Below are positions 19,034 to 29,125 of a stretch of DNA of 50,000 bases, piece after piece; position 1 is the first letter of the stretch, and each line of letters opens with the position of its first letter. Both the position numbers and the translations under genes were made by a program. The stretch covers positions 1 to 50,000 of the forward strand of contig NW_027437482.1 of the NCBI RefSeq assembly GCF_964204645.1, given 5' to 3'. This DNA is from Tubulanus polymorphus. Taxonomy: Eukaryota > Animalia > Nemertea. The notes below the pieces were generated by a model, which was not told the DNA's origin, did no database searches, and worked only from the letters and a program-made list of their open reading frames with translations.

Positions 19034-19110
19034 TAACCCTAACCCTAACCCTAACCCTAACCCTTTGGTCCCCTAACCTCTATCTCTAAACCTAACCCTA
19101 ACCCTAACCC
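19034..19110 (+). repeat. Telomeric junction: (TAACCC)5 + 29-nt element 3' fragment + (TAACCC)3
   Basis: TAACCC x5 at 19034-19063, TTTGGTCCCCTAACCTCTATCTCTAAACC at 19064-19092, TAACCC x3 at 19093-19110. Confidence 0.95.
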
Positions 19111-20670
19111 ATGATTCCTGCACTGACACTGACGAAGGCAACCTCGCCGAAATATCTGTCAATGGAGCGATCTACTCGAAAGAAGAAACGACCACCAGCT
19201 GAGAAGACCAGCAAGGGCGGAGGACGCCCTGAGCGACACCAGCAACCCGGGATGTCGCCGAAAAATTACTATAGAGCTCTTCAAGTGGCGCACCACCTTG
19301 CCCAGTTGAGCTCTGGTCCGAAAGCGATTCGGAGGAAGAAGGACCATCTGAAGATGTTCCTGCGGCCGGCGGCTTGCACCGAAGCAGTAACGGTGCAGCT
19401 GCACGCTGCCGCGGACGTCTGGATGGAGACAGTTTCGAAAGAGCTGACCATCCATTACGCTGCCACATTTGTTCAGCTAATGGGTGATCCTCTGCCGGAC
19501 TGTCTATCAGCACAGGATGTCGCCCTGACATGGGCCCGGAGGAATTTCGGCTCCCGTCTGAGCCCCGGAACGATCCGGCTTTTCAACATCGCGCTGGATT
19601 TGCGGTCGAAATTCCGCGGTCAGGCTCTGTCTGACAAACTCAGAAATGTCCTATCTAACCCACCTTCTTCCCCTTCTCATTTCAGGTCACACCACCAGGA
19701 GGCACCCACGGAACCGAAGATTCGTCCGCCGCCGAGACCGAGCCGGAAGATTCGAAAGCCCGCGACGCCGAGGACGCCTGCACCAACCGCAGCCGCGCCC
19801 GCCGCGCCCACAGCGCCTCCTTCTTTTTCTGATTCCAGGTCACCGAGAAGCTACGCGGATGTCACCAGGACGCCACCAACCAGAATGGCGCCACCACCGA
19901 GAAGTCCGATGCCGACGCCGCCGCCGCCACCAAGAAGTCCGACGCCACCGAGAAGTCCGACGCCGCCGCCTCGAAACCCGACGCCGCCGCCGCCGCAGAG
20001 AACGCCGACCGCACCAACCAGCAGTCCGACGCCGTCTCTCTCTTCTTCTCTTTCCAGCTCTCCGTCTCATTACAGGTCACCAGGGCGCCTACTGCCAGCG
20101 CGAAGTCCGACGCCAACACCGAGACCGATGGCGCCCCAGGAAGTTCGCCGTCATCCGAATACGGGTCGGAAGAAACAGGATTGGAGTCTGCCACCAACCC
20201 GGCGACCCATTCTGGTGATTGGTGACTCAAATCTGAGTAACATCACATCAAGCCGCCGTCCGGATGACGTCCAGATCGAGAGCTTCCCCGGCTGCAAGAT
20301 AGCTCATCTCGCCGACCTGATCGATGCTGTACCGGAGCGCCGAGATCGCCCGGATACGGTGATCATCAGCGTCGGAATCAACAACCGCGACAACAACTTC
20401 GAAGCGACCGCCAAGAAGACCACACAGCGCCTGATCAACGCCGCAGTCAAGAAGTATCAGCACTCGTTCGTCCACTTCGTTCAACTCAACACGACCCGCG
20501 AACACCAGCAGTTCGCCCGGAAGTTCAACGAATTCCTCGAGATTCACGACGACGTCACCGCGATACCACCCATCGATGATCGACGCTTCAGAGTTGTTGG
20601 AGACGGGATCCACTGGAACCGTGGTACAGCTAACACCCTGCTGGACCACTGGCTCAGTGGTTTAAACTAA
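19111..20670 (+). CDS. PLE ORF1 (SGNH esterase), copy 3
   Basis: 519 aa with GDS/G/N/DxxH motifs. Confidence 0.88.
   Translation: MIPALTLTKATSPKYLSMERSTRKKKRPPAEKTSKGGGRPERHQQPGMSPKNYYRALQVAHHLAQLSSGPKAIRRKKDHLKMFLRPAACTEAVTVQLHAAADVWMETVSKELTIHYAATFVQLMGDPLPDCLSAQDVALTWARRNFGSRLSPGTIRLFNIALDLRSKFRGQALSDKLRNVLSNPPSSPSHFRSHHQEAPTEPKIRPPPRPSRKIRKPATPRTPAPTAAAPAAPTAPPSFSDSRSPRSYADVTRTPPTRMAPPPRSPMPTPPPPPRSPTPPRSPTPPPRNPTPPPPQRTPTAPTSSPTPSLSSSLSSSPSHYRSPGRLLPARSPTPTPRPMAPQEVRRHPNTGRKKQDWSLPPTRRPILVIGDSNLSNITSSRRPDDVQIESFPGCKIAHLADLIDAVPERRDRPDTVIISVGINNRDNNFEATAKKTTQRLINAAVKKYQHSFVHFVQLNTTREHQQFARKFNEFLEIHDDVTAIPPIDDRRFRVVGDGIHWNRGTANTLLDHWLSGLN
19124..19161 (+). ncRNA. Minimal hammerhead ribozyme (copy 3)
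   Basis: Identical to 14915-14952. Confidence 0.75.
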
Positions 20671-20825
20671 GTATTAGTGAGACCAACGGGTCCACTATTG
20701 GTGAGTTAAATCAACCGGAATTAACCAATGCTTCTCTGATTTCTTCCATTTCCAGGTCCGACGAACACGAAGAACCGGCACCAAACCAAGCGCGACGCGA
20801 TCCGGTCACCGCTCTCGGGAGCCCG

Positions 20826-23126
20826 GTGGTCAACCTCACACGTTCACTCCGCCTAAGTCCGGCGCAACATCAGCTACTCCGAAAGGGCCTCACTTATTGC
20901 CCGACTCCAAAAATCGGTTCTGATGCCGCCGCGACCGAGCGCACCAAGGGAGTGTGCCGATTCAACCGGCTAGTGAAACTCGACCATCACTTCCGAGACA
21001 AACCGGACCGCGAGGCTCCGCGTTTCCGTCTGCCCAGCAGTTGGGCTCCGGATGAAATAGAACCAGTAATCGCCGGGTTCTGCAACGACGCGCACGAATT
21101 GGCTCAACAAACCAGGGATACGCGTCGCGTAAATGATAACCTCACTAAACAGGAACGCGAAGCCCTCCAGCAGCTGCGTGACAACACTAATATTGTCATC
21201 AAAGCCGCCGATAAGGGTTCCGCTACGGTTATCATGGACCGCGACGACTACGTCCACGAAGCCATGCGCCAACTAGCCGATCTCGAGTATTATCAGCCGC
21301 TGCAGCAACCGATCTTCGAACAGACCGGGGAAGAAATTCGCGAAATCATCGAAAATATGGCTCGACGAAAAATCATCCCGCTAAAAACCGCCGAATATCT
21401 ATTACCGCCCGATAATCCGAAACAGAGGCAGTTCTATCTGCTTCCCAAAATCCATAAAGAACGCGAGAAGTGGACGGTACCCGATCGCGTACCGCCGGGG
21501 AGACCGATCGTCTCCGACTGCGGCTCCGAAACCTACGAAATTTCGGAATGGATCGACTACTATTTGCAGCCGATCGCCCGCGGTCACCCGTCGTACGTCA
21601 AAGATACCAACCACTTTCTAGATATTTTGGCCGGTAAACAATTTAGCGCCGATGCGTTACTCGTCACCATGGACATCGATTCGCTCTACACCAACATCCC
21701 CCACGAAGAGGGTATCGCCAGCATCCGACAAGCTCTCCGAGATAACCCGAACCCGGGACGCCCGGATGCCGAGCTGCTGAAACTACTCGAAATCAGCCTG
21801 AAGAAAAATGACTTTAACTTTAACGAAAACACATATTTACAGGTAAAAGGTACCGCAATGGGTAAGCGTTTTGCTCCTTCTTATGCCAATATCTTTGTAG
21901 CCGAATGGGAAAAAGAAGGTCTGTCCAGAAGCGAACTCCAACCATCGCTATACGCTCGGTTCATCGACGACATCTACATAGTTTGGGAACACGGCCGCGA
22001 AACGTTGATGCAATTCATCGACGTCCTACAAACAGTGAGCCGATCCATCAAACTCAAGTTCGAAATCAGCGACACCAGCGTCAACTTCCTGGACGTAACC
22101 ACTTTCAAAGGCCCGCGATTCGAGACAAGTGGCACAGTAGACACCAAAGTCTACTTCAAACCAACCGATTCGCATCAATTACTACATCGATCCTCGTTTC
22201 ACCCTAAACACACATTTTCCGGTATAGTTAAAAGTCAAATTCTCCGGTTCCGGCGCATCTGCAATAACGATTCGGACTTACACGCAGCGTCCGGAACCGT
22301 CCTTAAAGTACTCAGAGGTCGTGGCTACAAAGACCGCGAACTGCGACACATCAAAAGCCAAGCTCTACGGCACCACGCCGAACGAGATCTACGAGAACAA
22401 CAACGGGCCGACGAACCGCCGAAAAAGCGTTTACCGCTTATCTTACCTCACTCCGAAGCCAACCGAACCCTAGCCCGTAACATCCGAACCAGATTTACGG
22501 AACTGGCTACGGCCACCGGCCGGTCTGACGAGGTAACCACGGTCACCGCCTACACCAAGCACAAGAGTCTCAAAGATCTCCTAACTTCGTCGCAGCTCAA
22601 ACCCACGGAGCCACCCCCTCCCCGAGTCCCCTCTTCACCGCAGCGTAACAGAAATACTTCCGTTGTTTCCAATTCTTCTATTTCCAGGTCTACTCAAAGA
22701 ACTCCGTCAACCCGACGTCGAGGCACCGAGAAATGCAGAACACCGAGATGTCGTACGTGTCCACTCGTCCGAGAAACAACCGTTTGCCGCAGCCACAACA
22801 AAATGCACGCGATCCGCAGCACAATTAATTGCGCGACCCGTGAAATTGTATACTGCATCGAATGCACCAAGTGCAACATGCTGTACGTCGGCCAAACCGG
22901 AATGTCTCTACGAGAACGCGTCACTCATCACGTCTCACGCATCAGAACGAAGAATTCGACTCCAGTCTCGGACCACTTCAACCAAGTCGACCACACCCGC
23001 GAACACTTTCGGGTGTACGGTCTCCAACACCTACCAGGCTCCACGAGACCGATCCGCGAAGCAGCCGAACAAGACTGGATACGACGACTCGACACGAACA
23101 CGCCCCGAGGCATGAACGTCCCGTAG
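20826..23126 (+). CDS. PLE ORF2: RT + GIY-YIG endonuclease (copy 3)
   Basis: Same motifs as copy 1. Confidence 0.95.
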   Translation: MVNLTRSLRLSPAQHQLLRKGLTYCPTPKIGSDAAATERTKGVCRFNRLVKLDHHFRDKPDREAPRFRLPSSWAPDEIEPVIAGFCNDAHELAQQTRDTRRVNDNLTKQEREALQQLRDNTNIVIKAADKGSATVIMDRDDYVHEAMRQLADLEYYQPLQQPIFEQTGEEIREIIENMARRKIIPLKTAEYLLPPDNPKQRQFYLLPKIHKEREKWTVPDRVPPGRPIVSDCGSETYEISEWIDYYLQPIARGHPSYVKDTNHFLDILAGKQFSADALLVTMDIDSLYTNIPHEEGIASIRQALRDNPNPGRPDAELLKLLEISLKKNDFNFNENTYLQVKGTAMGKRFAPSYANIFVAEWEKEGLSRSELQPSLYARFIDDIYIVWEHGRETLMQFIDVLQTVSRSIKLKFEISDTSVNFLDVTTFKGPRFETSGTVDTKVYFKPTDSHQLLHRSSFHPKHTFSGIVKSQILRFRRICNNDSDLHAASGTVLKVLRGRGYKDRELRHIKSQALRHHAERDLREQQRADEPPKKRLPLILPHSEANRTLARNIRTRFTELATATGRSDEVTTVTAYTKHKSLKDLLTSSQLKPTEPPPPRVPSSPQRNRNTSVVSNSSISRSTQRTPSTRRRGTEKCRTPRCRTCPLVRETTVCRSHNKMHAIRSTINCATREIVYCIECTKCNMLYVGQTGMSLRERVTHHVSRIRTKNSTPVSDHFNQVDHTREHFRVYGLQHLPGSTRPIREAAEQDWIRRLDTNTPRGMNVP

Positions 23127-23242
23127 ACCGCCTCACTACAACAATTAACTCTCACTACTTTTTTACAGGGATAACCCGCTGCCCGTGCACTAGTGGGGTC
23201 TCCAAACCTTCGGTTCGGTCCCCTAACCTCTATCTCTAAACC

Positions 23243-23260
23243 TAACCCTAACCCTAACCC
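23243..23260 (+). repeat. (TAACCC)3 telomeric junction
   Basis: TAACCCTAACCCTAACCC between copies 3 and 4. Confidence 0.95.
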
Positions 23261-24820
23261 ATGATTCCTGCACTGACACTGACGAAGGCAACCTCGCCGA
23301 AATATCTGTCAATGGAGCGATCTACTCGAAAGAAGAAACGACCACCAGCTGAGAAGACCAGCAAGGGCGGAGGACGCCCTGAGCGACACCAGCAACCCGG
23401 GATGTCGCCGAAAAATTACTATAGAGCTCTTCAAGTGGCGCACCACCTTGCCCAGTTGAGCTCTGGTCCGAAAGCGATTCGGAGGAAGAAGGACCATCTG
23501 AAGATGTTCCTGCGGCCGGCGGCTTGCACCGAAGCAGTAACGGTGCAGCTGCACGCTGCCGCGGACGTCTGGATGGAGACAGTTTCGAAAGAGCTGACCA
23601 TCCATTACGCTGCCACATTTGTTCAGCTAATGGGTGATCCTCTGCCGGACTGTCTATCAGCACAGGATGTCGCCCTGACATGGGCCCGGAGGAATTTCGG
23701 CTCCCGTCTGAGCCCCGGAACGATCCGGCTTTTCAACATCGCGCTGGATTTGCGGTCGAAATTCCGCGGTCAGGCTCTGTCTGACAAACTCAGAAATGTC
23801 CTATCTAACCCACCTTCTTCCCCTTCTCATTTCAGGTCACACCACCAGGAGGCACCCACGGAACCGAAGATTCGTCCGCCGCCGAGACCGAGCCGGAAGA
23901 TTCGAAAGCCCGCGACGCCGAGGACGCCTGCACCAACCGCAGCCGCGCCCGCCGCGCCCACAGCGCCTCCTTCTTTTTCTGATTCCAGGTCACCGAGAAG
24001 CTACGCGGATGTCACCAGGACGCCACCAACCAGAATGGCGCCACCACCGAGAAGTCCGATGCCGACGCCGCCGCCGCCACCAAGAAGTCCGACGCCACCG
24101 AGAAGTCCGACGCCGCCGCCTCGAAACCCGACGCCGCCGCCGCCGCAGAGAACGCCGACCGCACCAACCAGCAGTCCGACGCCGTCTCTCTCTTCTTCTC
24201 TTTCCAGCTCTCCGTCTCATTACAGGTCACCAGGGCGCCTACTGCCAGCGCGAAGTCCGACGCCAACACCGAGACCGATGGCGCCCCAGGAAGTTCGCCG
24301 TCATCCGAATACGGGTCGGAAGAAACAGGATTGGAGTCTGCCACCAACCCGGCGACCCATTCTGGTGATTGGTGACTCAAATCTGAGTAACATCACATCA
24401 AGCCGCCGTCCGGATGACGTCCAGATCGAGAGCTTCCCCGGCTGCAAGATAGCTCATCTCGCCGACCTGATCGATGCTGTACCGGAGCGCCGAGATCGCC
24501 CGGATACGGTGATCATCAGCGTCGGAATCAACAACCGCGACAACAACTTCGAAGCGACCGCCAGGAAGACCACACAGCGCCTGATCAACGCCGCAGTCAA
24601 GAAGTATCAGCACTCGTTCGTCCACTTCGTTCAACTCAACACGACCCGCGAACACCAGCAGTTCGCCCGGAAGTTCAACGAATTCCTCGAGAATAACGAC
24701 GACGTCACCGCGATACCACCCATCGATGATCGACGCTTCAGAGTTGTTGGAGACGGGATCCACTGGAACCGTGGTACAGCTAACACCCTGCTGGACCACT
24801 GGCTCAGTGGTTTAAACTAA
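23261..24820 (+). CDS. PLE ORF1 (SGNH esterase), copy 4
   Basis: 519 aa with SGNH motifs. Confidence 0.88.
   Translation: MIPALTLTKATSPKYLSMERSTRKKKRPPAEKTSKGGGRPERHQQPGMSPKNYYRALQVAHHLAQLSSGPKAIRRKKDHLKMFLRPAACTEAVTVQLHAAADVWMETVSKELTIHYAATFVQLMGDPLPDCLSAQDVALTWARRNFGSRLSPGTIRLFNIALDLRSKFRGQALSDKLRNVLSNPPSSPSHFRSHHQEAPTEPKIRPPPRPSRKIRKPATPRTPAPTAAAPAAPTAPPSFSDSRSPRSYADVTRTPPTRMAPPPRSPMPTPPPPPRSPTPPRSPTPPPRNPTPPPPQRTPTAPTSSPTPSLSSSLSSSPSHYRSPGRLLPARSPTPTPRPMAPQEVRRHPNTGRKKQDWSLPPTRRPILVIGDSNLSNITSSRRPDDVQIESFPGCKIAHLADLIDAVPERRDRPDTVIISVGINNRDNNFEATARKTTQRLINAAVKKYQHSFVHFVQLNTTREHQQFARKFNEFLENNDDVTAIPPIDDRRFRVVGDGIHWNRGTANTLLDHWLSGLN
23274..23311 (+). ncRNA. Minimal hammerhead ribozyme (copy 4)
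   Basis: Identical to 14915-14952. Confidence 0.75.
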
Positions 24821-24975
24821 GTATTAGTGAGACCAACGGGTCCACTATTGGTGAGTTAAATCAACCGGAATTAACCAATGCTTCTCTGATTTCTTCCATT
24901 TCCAGGTCCGACGAACACGAAGAACCGGCACCAAACCAAGCGCGACGCGATCCGGTCACCGCTCTCGGGAGCCCG

Positions 24976-27276
24976 GTGGTCAACCTCACACGTTCACTCC
25001 GCCTAAGTCCGGCGCAACATCAGCTACTCCGAAAGGGCCTCACTTATTGCCCGACTCCAAAAATCGGTTCTGATGCCGCCGCGACCGAGCGCACCAAGGG
25101 AGTGTGCCGATTCAACCGGCTAGTGAAACTCGACCATCACTTCCGAGACAAACCGGACCGCGAGGCTCCGCGTTTCCGTCTGCCCAGCAGTTGGGCTCCG
25201 GATGAAATAGAACCAGTAATCGCCGGGTTCTGCAACGACGCGCACGAATTGGCTCAACAAACCAGGGATACGCGTCGCGTAAATGATAACCTCACTAAAC
25301 AGGAACGCGAAGCCCTCCAGCAGCTGCGTGACAACACTAATATTGTCATCAAAGCCGCCGATAAGGGTTCCGCTACGGTTATCATGGACCGCGACGACTA
25401 CGTCCACGAAGCCATGCGCCAACTAGCCGATCTCGAGTATTATCAGCCGCTGCAGCAACCGATCTTCGAACAGACCGGGGAAGAAATTCGCGAAATCATC
25501 GAAAATATGGCTCGACGAAAAATCATCCCGCTAAAAACCGCCGAATATCTATTACCGCCCGATAATCCGAAACAGAGGCAGTTCTATCTGCTTCCCAAAA
25601 TCCATAAAGAACGCGAGAAGTGGACGGTACCCGATCGCGTACCGCCGGGGAGACCGATCGTCTCCGACTGCGGCTCCGAAACCTACGAAATTTCGGAATG
25701 GATCGACTACTATTTGCAGCCGATCGCCCGCGGTCACCCGTCGTACGTCAAAGATACCAACCACTTTCTAGATATTTTGGCCGGTAAACAATTTAGCGCC
25801 GATGCGTTACTAGTCACCATGGACATCGATTCGCTCTACACCAACATCCCCCACGAAGAGGGTATCGCCAGCATCCGACAAGCTCTCCGAGATAACCCAA
25901 ACCCGGGACGCCCGGATGCCGAGCTGCTGAAACTACTCGAAATCAGCCTGAAGAAAAATGACTTTAACTTTAACGAAAACACATATTTACAGGTAAAAGG
26001 TACCGCAATGGGTAAGCGTTTTGCTCCTTCTTATGCCAATATCTTTGTAGCCGAATGGGAAAAAGAAGGTCTGTCCAGAAGCGAACTCCAACCATCGCTA
26101 TACGCTCGGTTCATCGACGACATCTACATAGTTTGGGAACACGGCCGCGAAACGTTGATGCAATTCATCGACGTCCTACAAACAGTGAGCCGATCCATCA
26201 AACTCAAGTTCGAAATCAGCGACACCAGCGTCAACTTCCTGGACGTAACCACTTTCAAAGGCCCGCGATTCGAAACAAGTGGCACAGTAGACACCAAAGT
26301 CTACTTCAAACCAACCGATTCGCATCAATTACTACATCGATCCTCGTTTCACCCTAAACACACATTTTCCGGTATAGTTAAAAGTCAAATTCTCCGGTTC
26401 CGGCGCATCTGCAATAACGATTCGGACCTACACGCAGCGTCCGGAACCGTCCTTAAAGTACTCAGAGGTCGTGGCTACAAAGACCGCGAACTGCGACACA
26501 TCAAAAGCCAAGCTCTACGGCACCACGCCGAACGAGATCTACGAGAACAACAACGGGCCGACGAACCGCCGAAAAAGCGTTTACCGCTTATCTTACCTCA
26601 CTCCGAAGCCAACCGAACCCTAGCCCGTAACATCCGAACCAGATTTACGGAACTGGCTACGGCCACCGGCCGGTCTGACGAGGTAACCACGGTCACCGCC
26701 TACACCAAGCACAAGAGTCTCAAAGATCTCCTAACTTCGTCGCAGCTCAAACCCACGGAGCCACCCCCTCCCCGAGTCCCCTCTTCACCGCATCGTAACA
26801 GAAATACTTCCGTTGTTTCCAATTCTTCTATTTCCAGGTCTACTCAAAGAACTCCGTCAACCCGACGTCGAGGCAACAAGAAATGCAGAACACCGAGATG
26901 TCGTACGTGTCCACTCGTCCGAGAAACAACCGTTTGCCGCAGCCACAACAAAATGCACGCGATCCGCAGCACAATTAATTGCGCGACCCGTGAAATTGTA
27001 TACTGCATCGAATGCACCAAGTGCAACATGCTGTACGTCGGCCAAACCGGAATGTCTCTACGAGAACGCGTCACTCATCACGTCTCACGCATCAGAACGA
27101 AGAATTCGACTCCAGTCTCGGACCACTTCAACCAAGTCGACCACACCCGCGAACACTTTCGGGTGTACGGTCTCCAACACCTACCAGGCTCCACGAGACC
27201 GATCCGCGAAGCAGCCGAACAAGACTGGATACGACGACTCGACACGAACACGCCCCGAGGCATGAACGTCCCGTAG
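24976..27276 (+). CDS. PLE ORF2: RT + GIY-YIG endonuclease (copy 4)
   Basis: Same motifs as copy 1. Confidence 0.95.
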   Translation: MVNLTRSLRLSPAQHQLLRKGLTYCPTPKIGSDAAATERTKGVCRFNRLVKLDHHFRDKPDREAPRFRLPSSWAPDEIEPVIAGFCNDAHELAQQTRDTRRVNDNLTKQEREALQQLRDNTNIVIKAADKGSATVIMDRDDYVHEAMRQLADLEYYQPLQQPIFEQTGEEIREIIENMARRKIIPLKTAEYLLPPDNPKQRQFYLLPKIHKEREKWTVPDRVPPGRPIVSDCGSETYEISEWIDYYLQPIARGHPSYVKDTNHFLDILAGKQFSADALLVTMDIDSLYTNIPHEEGIASIRQALRDNPNPGRPDAELLKLLEISLKKNDFNFNENTYLQVKGTAMGKRFAPSYANIFVAEWEKEGLSRSELQPSLYARFIDDIYIVWEHGRETLMQFIDVLQTVSRSIKLKFEISDTSVNFLDVTTFKGPRFETSGTVDTKVYFKPTDSHQLLHRSSFHPKHTFSGIVKSQILRFRRICNNDSDLHAASGTVLKVLRGRGYKDRELRHIKSQALRHHAERDLREQQRADEPPKKRLPLILPHSEANRTLARNIRTRFTELATATGRSDEVTTVTAYTKHKSLKDLLTSSQLKPTEPPPPRVPSSPHRNRNTSVVSNSSISRSTQRTPSTRRRGNKKCRTPRCRTCPLVRETTVCRSHNKMHAIRSTINCATREIVYCIECTKCNMLYVGQTGMSLRERVTHHVSRIRTKNSTPVSDHFNQVDHTREHFRVYGLQHLPGSTRPIREAAEQDWIRRLDTNTPRGMNVP

Positions 27277-27392
27277 ACCGCCTCACTACAACAATTAACT
27301 CTCACTACTTTTTTACAGGGATAACCCGCTGCCCGTGCACTAGTGGGGTCTCCAAACCTTCGGTTCGGTCCCCTAACCTCTATCTCTAAACC

Positions 27393-27410
27393 TAACCCTA
27401 ACCCTAACCC
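27393..27410 (+). repeat. (TAACCC)3 telomeric junction
   Basis: Between copies 4 and 5. Confidence 0.95.
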
Positions 27411-28970
27411 ATGATTCCTGCACTGACACTGACGAAGGCAACCTCGCCGAAATATCTGTCAATGGAGCGATCTACTCGAAAGAAGAAACGACCACCAGCT
27501 GAGAAGACCAGCAAGGGCGGAGGACGCCCTGAGCGACACCAGCAACCCGGGATGTCGCCGAAAAATTACTATAGAGCTCTTCAAGTGGCGCACCACCTTG
27601 CCCAGTTGAGCTCTGGTCCGAAAGCGATTCGGAGGAAGAAGGACCATCTGAAGATGTTCCTGCGGCCGGCGGCTTGCACCGAAGCAGTAACGGTGCAGCT
27701 GCACGCTGCCGCGGACGTCTGGATGGAGACAGTTTCGAAAGAGCTGACCATCCATTACGCTGCCACATTTGTTCAGCTAATGGGTGATCCTCTGCCGGAC
27801 TGTCTATCAGCACAGGATGTCGCCCTGACATGGGCCCGGAGGAATTTCGGCTCCCGTCTGAGCCCCGGAACGATCCGGCTTTTCAACATCGCGCTGGATT
27901 TGCGGTCGAAATTCCGCGGTCAGGCTCTGTCTGACAAACTCAGAAATGTCCTATCTAACCCACCTTCTTCCCCTTCTCATTTCAGGTCACACCACCAGGA
28001 GGCACCCACGGAACCGAAGATTCGTCCGCCGCCGAGACCGAGCCGGAAGATTCGAAAGCCCGCGACGCCGAGGACGCCTGCACCAACCGCAGCCGCGCCC
28101 GCCGCGCCCACAGCGCCTCCTTCTTTTTCTGATTCCAGGTCACCGAGAAGCTACGCGGATGTCACCAGGACGCCACCAACCAGAATGGCGCCACCACCGA
28201 GAAGTCCGATGCCGACGCCGCCGCCGCCACCAAGAAGTCCGACGCCACCGAGAAGTCCGACGCCGCCGCCTCGAAACCCGACGCCGCCGCCGCCGCAGAG
28301 AACGCCGACCGCACCAACCAGCAGTCCGACGCCGTCTCTCTCTTCTTCTCTTTCCAGCTCTCCGTCTCATTACAGGTCACCAGGGCGCCTACTGCCAGCG
28401 CGAAGTCCGACGCCAACACCGAGACCGATGGCGCCCCAGGAAGTTCGCCGTCATCCGAATACGGGTCGGAAGAAACAGGATTGGAGTCTGCCACCAACCC
28501 GGCGACCCATTCTGGTGATTGGTGACTCAAATCTGAGTAACATCACATCAAGCCGCCGTCCGGATGACGTCCAGATCGAGAGCTTCCCCGGCTGCAAGAT
28601 AGCTCATCTCGCCGACCTGATCGATGCTGTACCGGAGCGCCGAGATCGCCCGGATACGGTGATCATCAGCGTCGGAATCAACAACCGCGACAACAACTTC
28701 GAAGCGACCGCCAGGAAGACCACACAGCGCCTGATCAACGCCGCAGTCAAGAAGTATCAGCACTCGTTCGTCCACTTCGTTCAACTCAACACGACCCGCG
28801 AACACCAGCAGTTCGCCCGGAAGTTCAACGAATTCCTCGAGATTCACGACGACGTCACCGCGATACCACCCATCGATGATCGACGCTTCAGAGTTGTTGG
28901 AGACGGGATCCACTGGAACCGTGGTACAGCTAACACCCTGCTGGACCACTGGCTCAGTGGTTTAAACTAA
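27411..28970 (+). CDS. PLE ORF1 (SGNH esterase), copy 5
   Basis: 519 aa with SGNH motifs. Confidence 0.88.
   Translation: MIPALTLTKATSPKYLSMERSTRKKKRPPAEKTSKGGGRPERHQQPGMSPKNYYRALQVAHHLAQLSSGPKAIRRKKDHLKMFLRPAACTEAVTVQLHAAADVWMETVSKELTIHYAATFVQLMGDPLPDCLSAQDVALTWARRNFGSRLSPGTIRLFNIALDLRSKFRGQALSDKLRNVLSNPPSSPSHFRSHHQEAPTEPKIRPPPRPSRKIRKPATPRTPAPTAAAPAAPTAPPSFSDSRSPRSYADVTRTPPTRMAPPPRSPMPTPPPPPRSPTPPRSPTPPPRNPTPPPPQRTPTAPTSSPTPSLSSSLSSSPSHYRSPGRLLPARSPTPTPRPMAPQEVRRHPNTGRKKQDWSLPPTRRPILVIGDSNLSNITSSRRPDDVQIESFPGCKIAHLADLIDAVPERRDRPDTVIISVGINNRDNNFEATARKTTQRLINAAVKKYQHSFVHFVQLNTTREHQQFARKFNEFLEIHDDVTAIPPIDDRRFRVVGDGIHWNRGTANTLLDHWLSGLN
27424..27461 (+). ncRNA. Minimal hammerhead ribozyme (copy 5)
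   Basis: Identical to 14915-14952. Confidence 0.75.
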
Positions 28971-29125
28971 GTATTAGTGAGACCAACGGGTCCACTATTG
29001 GTGAGTTAAATCAACCGGAATTAACCAATGCTTCTCTGATTTCTTCCATTTCCAGGTCCGACGAACACGAAGAACCGGCACCAAACCAAGCGCGACGCGA
29101 TCCGGTCACCGCTCTCGGGAGCCCG

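Larger units (their letters stand above)
19111..23242 (+). mobile_element. Neptune-type PLE, copy 3
   Basis: Intact ORF1 and ORF2, flanked by TAACCC tracts. Confidence 0.95.
23261..27392 (+). mobile_element. Neptune-type PLE, copy 4
   Basis: Intact ORF1 and ORF2; 4150-bp period. Confidence 0.95.
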
